DNA from: a virus | DNA length: 64,000 bases | IMG/VR virus record: IMGVR_UViG_3300029720_000418 | Location: 3,344-67,343 of that record | Reading direction: 5' to 3' (one strand) | In this document: in pieces, positions 44,066-53,013 of the stretch | How the letters are laid out: each line of letters starts with the position of its first letter | Numbering within the stretch: the first letter of the stretch is position 1 | Program-made: the position numbers and the translations under genes | Notes under the pieces: model-generated | Seen by the model: the letters and a program-made list of their open reading frames with translations, nothing else | What the model was told of the DNA's origin: nothing | Database searches by the model: none

Positions 44066-44605
44066 ATGAGAATGCTTTCGATTATGATACCCGGGAGAGA
44101 GTGGTTTGATGAAGAAAAGAATGAGTTTGTGACCACGACGAGTACGACTATTCAAATGGAGCATTCTCTTCTTTCTCTTCATGAATGGGAAAAGAAATGG
44201 AAAAAACCATTTTTCTCTGATAAAGAAAAAACAACAGAAGAAGTGCTGGATTATTTTAGATGTATGACACTTACTCCGGATGTTGGTGATGATATTTTTC
44301 GTGGTCTTACGAATGAAAACATAGAGACAATCTGGAATTATATTAATGATTCGATGACTGCTACTACGTTTTCTGACAGAGAAAATCGTAAGTTCAATAG
44401 AGAGATAATAACCAGTGAGATTATTTATTATTGGATGATATCCCTAAACATTCCCGTGGAGTTTGAGAGATGGCATCTGAATAGTCTCATCACATTAATT
44501 AGAGTTTGTAATGTTAAGAATCAACCACCAAAGAAGATGAGTAAGAATGAGGTTCTTAATCATTATTCAGCTCTAAATGCAAGTAGAAGAAAGAAGTTTA
44601 AGTAA
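44066..44605 (+). CDS. hypothetical protein in gpT-like position (no frameshift fusion evident)
   Basis: Its frame begins at a stop codon 3 nt upstream, so it cannot be a -1 fusion to 43630-44046. Confidence 0.4.
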   Translation: MRMLSIMIPGREWFDEEKNEFVTTTSTTIQMEHSLLSLHEWEKKWKKPFFSDKEKTTEEVLDYFRCMTLTPDVGDDIFRGLTNENIETIWNYINDSMTATTFSDRENRKFNREIITSEIIYYWMISLNIPVEFERWHLNSLITLIRVCNVKNQPPKKMSKNEVLNHYSALNASRRKKFK

Positions 44606-44620
44606 AACGGAGGTATAGAT

Positions 44621-45679
44621 ATGTCAATGAACGGAATCGATATTAGTGCATGGCAGAGAGGGATTAATTTAAATAATGTCCCATTCGACTTTGTAATTGT
44701 AAAAGCAACCGAAGGAACGAAGTATATCAATGGCGTATGTGACAGTCATTGCGATGATGTACTTCGACTAGGTAAATGTCTGGGAATGTATCACTATGCA
44801 AATGGCGGAGATTACAAGCAGGAGGCGGATTTCTTCTTAGAGAAGATAAAGAAGTATGTTGGAAAAGCGCTGCTTGTTCTTGACTGGGAGAGTCAGAACA
44901 ATTCGCAGTTTGGTAAAACGGACCGCGAATGGGTTAAGAACTGGTGCGATTATGTGTATACCCAGACTGGCATTAAGCCAGTTATCTATGTATCTAAGAG
45001 TTTCATGTCTATGTTGGACGGACTTGGATATGAATTCTGGATCGCACAGTATGCAAATAACAAACCTACCGGATATCAGGAGAAGCCGTGGAATGATGGC
45101 GTGTATCCGTGCCTTATCAGACAGTACGCAATGACAGGACGTCTTACCGGTTATTCAGGAGATTTGGATCTGAATAAGTTTTATGGCACAGCAGAAGAAT
45201 GGAATGCACGAGTATCAGTTACTAAACCAGCTCCAGCTCCAGCGCCAGTTCCGGCCGTGTCTCCAACAGGTACAACCATCGAGCTTGTGGTAGCAACATT
45301 GCAGAATAAGTATGGCGTAGGCGATGAGCGTAAGCAGAAGCTGGGAACTCGATATGACGAGGTTCAGAAATTTATTGATTATGTAGCAAATGCTTCGATT
45401 GATCAGCTGGTAGCAGAAACAAAGGCTGGTGATTATGGTAATGGCGAAACTCGTAAGATTATTCTCGGAGCATTCAATAAGTACGATGCTGTTCAGAATA
45501 AGATCAATGCCGAGAATACAGCCAAGGCTAGTTCGGCAGCTATTTACGTAGTTAAGAGTGGAGACACGCTCTCTGACATTGCTGCGAAGTACAAAACAAC
45601 ATATCAGGCATTACAGAAGCTGAATGGTATTCCGGATCCAAACAAAATTTATCCGGGTCAGAAATTAAAAATTAGATAA
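44621..45679 (+). CDS. lysin: GH25 muramidase + 2x CW_7 repeats + LysM
   Basis: [28 protein letters not shown] (GH25). Two CW_7 motifs ([19 protein letters not shown] and [23 protein letters not shown]). PAPAPAPVP linker. C-terminal Lys[17 protein letters not shown]...PGQKLKI. Confidence 0.8.
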   Translation: MSMNGIDISAWQRGINLNNVPFDFVIVKATEGTKYINGVCDSHCDDVLRLGKCLGMYHYANGGDYKQEADFFLEKIKKYVGKALLVLDWESQNNSQFGKTDREWVKNWCDYVYTQTGIKPVIYVSKSFMSMLDGLGYEFWIAQYANNKPTGYQEKPWNDGVYPCLIRQYAMTGRLTGYSGDLDLNKFYGTAEEWNARVSVTKPAPAPAPVPAVSPTGTTIELVVATLQNKYGVGDERKQKLGTRYDEVQKFIDYVANASIDQLVAETKAGDYGNGETRKIILGAFNKYDAVQNKINAENTAKASSAAIYVVKSGDTLSDIAAKYKTTYQALQKLNGIPDPNKIYPGQKLKIR

Positions 45680-45689
45680 TGAAAGGGTG

Positions 45690-46073
45690 ATGCAGGTGAT
45701 CACATTTAAGCAGAAGGGCGATTTCTCCAAACTGAATAGTTTCTTTGAAAAAATTAAAGAAACTGTCAAAATAGGAGATCTCGATAAGTATGGACGAGCT
45801 GGTGTCGAAGCACTTGCATCTGCCACACCAAAGGAATCTGGAAAAACTGCAGATTCTTGGTACTACACAATTGAACATGAAAATGGAAAATCGTCGATTA
45901 ATTTTCTTAATTCGAACATTAATGACGGTGTTCCGATTGCAATCATATTACAGTACGGGCATGGTACTGGAACTGGAGGCTGGGTCGAAGGAAGAGATTA
46001 TATCAATCCTGCGGTTCAGCCTCTTTTTGATAAGATTGCCGACGATGCTTGGAAGGAGGTTACTAGATTATGA
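45690..46073 (+). CDS. hypothetical protein (127 aa)
   Basis: Lies between the lysin and the tape measure. Its stop overlaps the tape-measure start. Confidence 0.5.
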   Translation: MQVITFKQKGDFSKLNSFFEKIKETVKIGDLDKYGRAGVEALASATPKESGKTADSWYYTIEHENGKSSINFLNSNINDGVPIAIILQYGHGTGTGGWVEGRDYINPAVQPLFDKIADDAWKEVTRL

Positions 46074-49000
46074 GTAAGCAGGTTGACGAAAGAGTTGTTA
46101 CGATGCAATTCGACAACAGGCAGTTTGAAGACAACGTTAAAACTTCCATGTCTACCATAGATAAACTGAAAAAAGCGTTAAATTTCGAAAAAGCTGGCGA
46201 AGGTCTCGAGAAAGTCAAAGATTCAATAAACTTAAACAAAATCAATATTACTGGATTAAGCGGAGCTATCGACCAAGTAAATGCTAAATTCTCAGCACTT
46301 CAGGTAATAGGTGTTACGGCGTTATCAAATATTACAAATCAAGCGATGAGTATGAGTAAGAAAATGATTTCAGCTCTTACTATAAATCCTGTTAAGGATG
46401 GCTTGAAAGAGTATGAAACACAGATGAATGCGGTTCAGACAATCCTGGCAAATACTCAAAAAGAAGGCACTAACGTAAAAATTGTAAATAAAGCATTAGA
46501 TGAATTAAACGCTTATGCTGATAAAACAATATACAATTTTACAGAGATGACTCGTAATATTGGTACGTTCACAGCTGCTGGCGTTAAACTTGATACGTCC
46601 GTATCTGCCATCAAAGGTATTGCTAACTTGGCTGCTATATCTGGCTCGACGTCACAGCAAGCATCAACGGCAATGTACCAGCTTTCCCAAGCACTTGCAT
46701 CTGGTACTGTAAAACTTATGGACTGGAACTCAGTTGTTAATGCTGGTATGGGTGGTCAGGTATTTCAGGATGCGTTAACAAGAACATCAGAACATTTACA
46801 AACAGGTGCAAAAGCGGCGATCGAAGCAAAAGGCTCATTTCGGGAATCACTGCAAACAGGATGGCTCACGACTGAAGTTCTTACACAAACGCTTGATCAG
46901 TTTTCAACTGCCGCAGATACGCAGGCTGAATACGAAGCTGCTGTGAAGAAATTCGTTAGTCAGGGATATAGTAAAGAAGAGGCGAAGCAATTAGCCGATA
47001 TGGCAAAAACAGCAGGCGAAGCTGCAACAAAGGTAAAGACATTTACACAGCTTATTGACACATTAAAGGAAGCTCTTGGTTCTGGTTGGACAACAACATG
47101 GCGTTTAATTATCGGCGATTTCGAGGAAGCTCGAAACATGTGGACGAACGTAAGTGATGTACTCGGTGGGTTTATCAATAAAATGTCTGATGCTAGAAAT
47201 GCCGTTCTTGAAAGTGCGATGGGAAAAGGTTTATCTGGTATTGCAGACAAAATCAATTCTATTGTTGAACCGTTTCAGAAAGCCGCATCAACTGTTACAA
47301 AAACTGTAGACGCAGTTTCTGATTTAGGCGATGTTGTTGATGATGTTATACTCGGAAAATTTGGAAATGGAACCGAAAGAGTAACTGCTCTTACTGAAGC
47401 TGGACTAAACTATTATAGGGTTCAAAATAGAGTAAATGAAGTATTGAATAATAGCTTTCGATTCACAGAAAAACAAATAGAGGAACAGGATAAACTCCTT
47501 GGAATAAACGCAAAATCAACAGACGTAACAAAAGAAGAAACAAAAGAAACTGATAAATTAGCAGATTCCAAGAAAGAATTGATTAAACAATTTGCTAATA
47601 TGTCAGATGCTCAATTGCGTTCTATAGGACTTAGTCCATCAGAAATAGCATCGTTTCGAGAATTGAGAAATATGGCAGACATGCTTGGCATGTCTTTGGA
47701 TGATGTCATCGATAATATGGATCATTTGAATGGACGATGGCTTCTTATGCAATCATTTTCCAACATAGGGCATAATATCATAACGATATTCAAATCCATT
47801 GGGGAGGCGTGGAAGGAAGTATTTCCTCCAGTAACTGCTGATAATTTGTTCAGTCTCTTAGCGGGATTTTACAAATTGACAACAAGTATGAAAATAACAG
47901 ACGAAGAAGCAGATAAATTAAAACGAGCCTTCAAGGGTCTTTTTGCAGTATTGGATCTGGTTAGCACTCTTGTTGGCGGTGGTTTGAGATTAGCATTAAA
48001 AGTTACGTCTTACATACTTAGTCTTTTCAATTTATCGTTATTGGATGTTGCGGCAATTCTCGGTGATGTCCTTGTTAAATTCAGAGATTGGGTTAAAGGT
48101 AATAACCTAATTACAAAAGCATTCAAAACTATGGCTCCATATTTGAAGGAGTTTGTTTTATTAATCGTCGATGGCATTATTGCTATCAAGGATTGGGTCG
48201 TTGCCAACGAAAAAATAACTCAAGGGTTTAAGAATATTCTTTCATATCTTAAAGAAGCTGGAGCGGGATTCAAGGCATGGATCGAAGGTGCTAGAGAAGC
48301 TGAGAATATACCAGTCTACATAATTCAGGGATTGGTAAACGGTTTGAAGAACGGAATTTCAACTGTGGCATCTATCGTTATAGAACTTGCAAAATCAATA
48401 ATCGAAACTATCTGCGGTGTGCTTGGTATTCATTCACCTTCGGTCGTGTTCTTTGCAATAGGTTCATTTATTGTTCTTGGATTGGTTGCAGGAATACAAT
48501 CTGAACTTCCGGGCGTTTGGGAAACTGTAAAATCACTTGCAACAGGATTGGTAGAAATAATAAGCAATATTAATTTCGGCGCAATATTTGCAGGAATGAT
48601 GGGACTGGGAACAATACTGTTGTTGAAGAAGATAGCTGACGCGTTTGAAATAATATCTGGACCTATAGAGGGTGTTAGTCATATTCTGAATGGCTTTGGT
48701 TCAATTCTTGATAGTGTCGCTAAAAACATTAAAGCTTCTGCGTTTAAGAAAAAGTCAGTTGCTATTCGAAATTTTGCAATTTCATTAGGAATATTGGCCG
48801 CATCTTTATTGGTAATATCAAAAATACCAGTACAAGATTTGATAAAAGCTGGAGTAGCTATCACTGTAATGGCTGGAGTGCTTATTGGGTTGTCATATGC
48901 AATAAGCGTTCTCAATGTGGTGACTAAAGGCGGACTTGATACATCAGGTAGGAAAATCGCAGTTATGCTTGTTGGTGTTGGCGTTGCGTTATATATGATG

Positions 49001-52000
49001 GCAAAAGTAGCAAGAGCTGTAGGCGAACTTAAATGGGAGCAGATAGCCAAAGGGCTTGTGTTTATGGGAGTTCTTGAGTTATTCGTTGTGACTCTTATAG
49101 CGGTATCCGAATCTGCGGGAGAACATGCGGACAAGGCCGGAAAGATGATTTATAAGATCGCTGGTGCATTATTAATAATGACGCTTGTCGCAAAAATCGC
49201 AGGAAATCTTAAGCCACAGGAAATGAAAAATGGTTTGAAATTTATTGCTGTTGTTGGGACGTTTGTTATCGCATTGGTTGGTATATCATTGTTGGCTGGC
49301 GAGCATGCAGACAGTGCTGCCAAGATGATACAGAAGTTTGCAAATGCCTTACTTATATTAGCCATAACAGCGAAAATAGTAGGGAATTTAAGTCCCGAAG
49401 AGTGGTTAAAAGCCATTGGCTTTATAGGTATGATTTCGTTATTTATTGTCGGTCTTATAGCAGTATCCGAATTTGCGGGCGAGCATGCCAATGAAGCAGG
49501 AAAGATGTTAGAGAGAATTTCGTTTGCTCTTCTCGTTATGGCAGCTACAACAAAAATAGTGGGTAGTATGAAAGCTGACGAATTGGGGAAAGGATTAATT
49601 TTTATAGGAGTTCTTTCTTTATTTATTGCAGGAATAGTTGCAGTGTCTAAATATGCCGGGGAGAATATCGCAAAAGCCGGTGCAATGCTCTTAGGCGTTG
49701 CCGCAGCAATTGGAGTGATGGGTCTGGTCATCAAAATGGTTGGAACCATGGAAACTAAAGATCTGTTAAAAGGTATTGCGGTAGTGGCGGTATTAGAAAG
49801 TTTCATCATAGGTATGATTGCAGTATCAAAACTTGCTGGAGAAAATGCAGTAAAAGCCGGATCTATGGTCTTGAAGATTTCTGCATCATTACTGATCATG
49901 ACAGCAGCATTATTCTTAATTGGACAAATGGATACTAAGAAGCTCTGGAAAGCGGTTGGTGTTATTGCAATATTGGAAGCTTTGTTTGCTGGGTTAATCG
50001 CAGTGTCAAAACTCGCAGGAGATTGTAATAAAACCATAATCACAATAACGATATGCGTTGCAACGTTAGCTGCTATGATGGGCGTACTTACAATGCTGGA
50101 TCAGGAGAAACTTCTTAAATCAGCAGAATCTTTATCTATGGTTATGGTAGCGATGGCAGCAATGATCGCAGCAACCGGGCAAATTAAGAATACTGAAGGA
50201 GCGACGAAGGTTCTTCTTCAGATTTCGTTGGTGGTTCTCATGTTGGTCGGTGTTCTTGGAATGATTCAGGCACTTAATATAGAAGGAAATATGGGTGCAG
50301 TTGCTTCAATCTCCGTATTGTTGGTTTCTATGGCAGCGTCATTAGCTCTCTTGGGAAATACGAAGGATATATCGCTTAAGGCTGTTGGTGCCATGGCATT
50401 GATGGGATTGGTCGTTGCAGAATTAGCGGTTGTAACGAAAGCAATGGATAAACTCAATATTGATGTGTCTACAAAGACTGTTGCTCAATTGTCAGCTTTA
50501 CTTCTTGCTATGTCTGGCGCATTAGTGATTCTGACTGTTGTCGGAATCGGTGGTGCCGCTGCATTTGTGGGGATTGGTGCGTTAGTGACATTGATAGCCG
50601 CAGTTGGTGGCTTGATGATAGCGATAGGTGCATTAAATGATGAATTTCCAGCTGTCGCTGATTTTGTACATAATAGTATCCCAATTCTTCAAGATATGGG
50701 CGAAGGCCTCGGTAATTTCATCGGTGGTTTAGTCGGTGGTGTTATTGCTGGTGCTATTGATAGTCTTGCTGGCATAGGCACAAGTCTTAGTACATTCATG
50801 GAAAATCTTCAGCCGTTTATCGAGAAGGTATCGGCTATTGATCCAGATGCTATGGCTGGTGGAGAAGCGTTGGCAAAGATGCTACTTACTCTTACGGCCG
50901 CAGAGCTTGTTAGTGGATTATCCAAATTTTTGGGAGTAAAAGATTTAGGAAATCTTGGATCCCAACTTTCGGATTTCGGCGATGCAATTATTGCATTTTC
51001 AGACAAGCTTAATAATAGCGATGGTATAAACGATAAAGCTGTCCAAAAAGCTGCAAAAGCAGGTGAGATGATGGCTAAGCTTCAAAATAGCTTATATGGA
51101 ACTGGTGGATTAAAACAAGATATATTTGGCAAAAAAGATTTGGGCGACTTTGGACAGCAGATGAGTGATTTTGCAGATGGAATTATTGCGTTTGCCGCTA
51201 AGATCGAAGCTGCAAAAATTAACCAAGATTCTGTTGACGCGGCAGCTTATGCTGGTGAAACCATGGCTACTCTTCAGAGCAAGATCAAAAGTCAAAATGG
51301 AGCACTTCAAGACATCTTTGGTTCTCAAGATCTTGGCGATTTCGGATCGCAGATGAGTAACTTTGCAGATGGGGTTGTTAATTTTGATAAGAAACTTAAG
51401 GCTAATGATGGGATTAGCTCAGACCTTGCCGATCAAGCTGCTTATGCAGGAAACGTAATGGCAGAGTTACAAAATAATACTGGAGCTATTGGTGGTGTAG
51501 TAAAATATTTTGCTGGTGAAAAGAATCTAGGTACTTTCGGAACCCAAATTGCACTTTATGGCTCAGCTTTAGCCGCATTTTCTCAGGTATTGTCAGAAAA
51601 CCCGGTAGACACAACAACAGTTTCAATAGCTAAGGACTGTGGATTATTGATGACAGAACTTCAGACGGCTTTGCCAGAGACTCATCTATTCGATGGAAAG
51701 ATGGATCTGGATGATTTCGGAGCTAAGCTAATGTCATTTGGTAAATATATGGGTGTGTTTGCCAATATGACAGCTCAAATGGATGTATCAAATCTCACGA
51801 CAGTTAGTATGGCGGCTAAAAGACTTGGCGAAATGACTCAGTCAATCAGCACAGTAGATCAAACAAAGATCGACGAATTCGATTTCGAGGGTATTGGAAA
51901 CAGCATAAAGACATTCTGTGATTCATTTGATAACGTCGACGCTTCAAAGGTTGAAACAGCAATCAACTCAATCAATAAGTTGGTTAACACAATCAAGAGC

Positions 52001-53011
52001 ATGGATGGGTTGAACGCCAATGGAGTAAACACCTTTAAGGGAATTCTTAATTCACTCAGCGGTGACGCAGTAAATCTTAAGGGTATTGGTAATTCATTCT
52101 CAGACGATCAGGTTGCATCATTCAACTCAATCGGCTCAAGCGTCGTAAACGCGATCGCTTCAGGCATGAAGAGCAAGTCAAGTGAATTTACGAGTATCGG
52201 GCATTCAATACTTAGCAGCATCAAGAGTTCTCTGAATTATAATGTTCAGCAGTTCAAAACCAGCGGAGAGACAATCATGTCGAACTTTGTTAGCGGAATA
52301 AAAGGTTCAAGAAATACGGCATCATCAGCATTTACATCAATGATGGCATTCATCACTCTGAGTCTGAAGGGATATTATAATAACTTCTACACTATTGGAG
52401 GTTATCTTGTTACGGGATTCGCAAATGGCATATCGGCTAGTGCATATAAAGCTAAAGCAAAAGCTAAGGACATGGCCAAAGATGCGGAGAAGGCTGCACG
52501 AGAAGAATTGCAAGTTCATTCACCATCTAAGAAGTTAGACAAAGTTGGACAGTATTTCGGCATGGGATTTGCTAATGGTATTGATAAGAAATCACATCTC
52601 AGTGTTCAAGCAGCAAAGACTATGGCCGCATCAGCTATCGACAGTACAAAGCAGACAATCTCGAGATTAAGTCAGATGCTTGCAATGGATGTTGATGCTC
52701 AGCCTACAATCAGACCAGTAATGGATTTGAGCGATATTAATTCTGGCGTAGCAACTATGAATGGGATGCTTGCTATGAATCCATCTGTTGGTGTAATGAC
52801 AAATATTGGAGCAATAAACGCATCAATGAGAAATCGTCAAAATGGAAATGCAAATGATGTGATATCAGCTATCAATACACTTGGTAAAACACTCGGTAAT
52901 ACACGAGGCGATACATACATTATTGATGGCATTACGTATGATGACGGAAGCGGCATAAACGATGCAGTTCAAACACTCATTAGAGCAGCTAGAATAGAGA
53001 GGAGGATGTAA
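46070..53011 (+). CDS. tape measure protein (2313 aa)
   Basis: Giant gene in the canonical position. Internal arrays of ~59-aa hydrophobic repeats (AGEHADxAxKM...) and ~60-aa DLGDFGxQMSxFADG repeats. Minus-strand ORFs inside it are repeat artefacts. Confidence 0.8.
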   Translation: MSKQVDERVVTMQFDNRQFEDNVKTSMSTIDKLKKALNFEKAGEGLEKVKDSINLNKINITGLSGAIDQVNAKFSALQVIGVTALSNITNQAMSMSKKMISALTINPVKDGLKEYETQMNAVQTILANTQKEGTNVKIVNKALDELNAYADKTIYNFTEMTRNIGTFTAAGVKLDTSVSAIKGIANLAAISGSTSQQASTAMYQLSQALASGTVKLMDWNSVVNAGMGGQVFQDALTRTSEHLQTGAKAAIEAKGSFRESLQTGWLTTEVLTQTLDQFSTAADTQAEYEAAVKKFVSQGYSKEEAKQLADMAKTAGEAATKVKTFTQLIDTLKEALGSGWTTTWRLIIGDFEEARNMWTNVSDVLGGFINKMSDARNAVLESAMGKGLSGIADKINSIVEPFQKAASTVTKTVDAVSDLGDVVDDVILGKFGNGTERVTALTEAGLNYYRVQNRVNEVLNNSFRFTEKQIEEQDKLLGINAKSTDVTKEETKETDKLADSKKELIKQFANMSDAQLRSIGLSPSEIASFRELRNMADMLGMSLDDVIDNMDHLNGRWLLMQSFSNIGHNIITIFKSIGEAWKEVFPPVTADNLFSLLAGFYKLTTSMKITDEEADKLKRAFKGLFAVLDLVSTLVGGGLRLALKVTSYILSLFNLSLLDVAAILGDVLVKFRDWVKGNNLITKAFKTMAPYLKEFVLLIVDGIIAIKDWVVANEKITQGFKNILSYLKEAGAGFKAWIEGAREAENIPVYIIQGLVNGLKNGISTVASIVIELAKSIIETICGVLGIHSPSVVFFAIGSFIVLGLVAGIQSELPGVWETVKSLATGLVEIISNINFGAIFAGMMGLGTILLLKKIADAFEIISGPIEGVSHILNGFGSILDSVAKNIKASAFKKKSVAIRNFAISLGILAASLLVISKIPVQDLIKAGVAITVMAGVLIGLSYAISVLNVVTKGGLDTSGRKIAVMLVGVGVALYMMAKVARAVGELKWEQIAKGLVFMGVLELFVVTLIAVSESAGEHADKAGKMIYKIAGALLIMTLVAKIAGNLKPQEMKNGLKFIAVVGTFVIALVGISLLAGEHADSAAKMIQKFANALLILAITAKIVGNLSPEEWLKAIGFIGMISLFIVGLIAVSEFAGEHANEAGKMLERISFALLVMAATTKIVGSMKADELGKGLIFIGVLSLFIAGIVAVSKYAGENIAKAGAMLLGVAAAIGVMGLVIKMVGTMETKDLLKGIAVVAVLESFIIGMIAVSKLAGENAVKAGSMVLKISASLLIMTAALFLIGQMDTKKLWKAVGVIAILEALFAGLIAVSKLAGDCNKTIITITICVATLAAMMGVLTMLDQEKLLKSAESLSMVMVAMAAMIAATGQIKNTEGATKVLLQISLVVLMLVGVLGMIQALNIEGNMGAVASISVLLVSMAASLALLGNTKDISLKAVGAMALMGLVVAELAVVTKAMDKLNIDVSTKTVAQLSALLLAMSGALVILTVVGIGGAAAFVGIGALVTLIAAVGGLMIAIGALNDEFPAVADFVHNSIPILQDMGEGLGNFIGGLVGGVIAGAIDSLAGIGTSLSTFMENLQPFIEKVSAIDPDAMAGGEALAKMLLTLTAAELVSGLSKFLGVKDLGNLGSQLSDFGDAIIAFSDKLNNSDGINDKAVQKAAKAGEMMAKLQNSLYGTGGLKQDIFGKKDLGDFGQQMSDFADGIIAFAAKIEAAKINQDSVDAAAYAGETMATLQSKIKSQNGALQDIFGSQDLGDFGSQMSNFADGVVNFDKKLKANDGISSDLADQAAYAGNVMAELQNNTGAIGGVVKYFAGEKNLGTFGTQIALYGSALAAFSQVLSENPVDTTTVSIAKDCGLLMTELQTALPETHLFDGKMDLDDFGAKLMSFGKYMGVFANMTAQMDVSNLTTVSMAAKRLGEMTQSISTVDQTKIDEFDFEGIGNSIKTFCDSFDNVDASKVETAINSINKLVNTIKSMDGLNANGVNTFKGILNSLSGDAVNLKGIGNSFSDDQVASFNSIGSSVVNAIASGMKSKSSEFTSIGHSILSSIKSSLNYNVQQFKTSGETIMSNFVSGIKGSRNTASSAFTSMMAFITLSLKGYYNNFYTIGGYLVTGFANGISASAYKAKAKAKDMAKDAEKAAREELQVHSPSKKLDKVGQYFGMGFANGIDKKSHLSVQAAKTMAASAIDSTKQTISRLSQMLAMDVDAQPTIRPVMDLSDINSGVATMNGMLAMNPSVGVMTNIGAINASMRNRQNGNANDVISAINTLGKTLGNTRGDTYIIDGITYDDGSGINDAVQTLIRAARIERRM

Positions 53012-53013
53012 AG

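Noticed and set aside
43630-44605. Expected programmed -1 frameshift joining the two tail-chaperone ORFs (G/GT)
   Set aside because: The downstream frame opens at a stop codon only 3 nt before its ATG, and after the upstream stop. No overlap or slippery site is available, so no frameshift fusion is claimed.
48679-50043. Long minus-strand ORFs (48679-49134 and 49150-50043) inside the tape measure gene
   Set aside because: They fall exactly on the internal ~59-aa repeat array of the tape measure protein. They have no RBS and mirror the repeat periodicity, so they are repeat-induced open frames.
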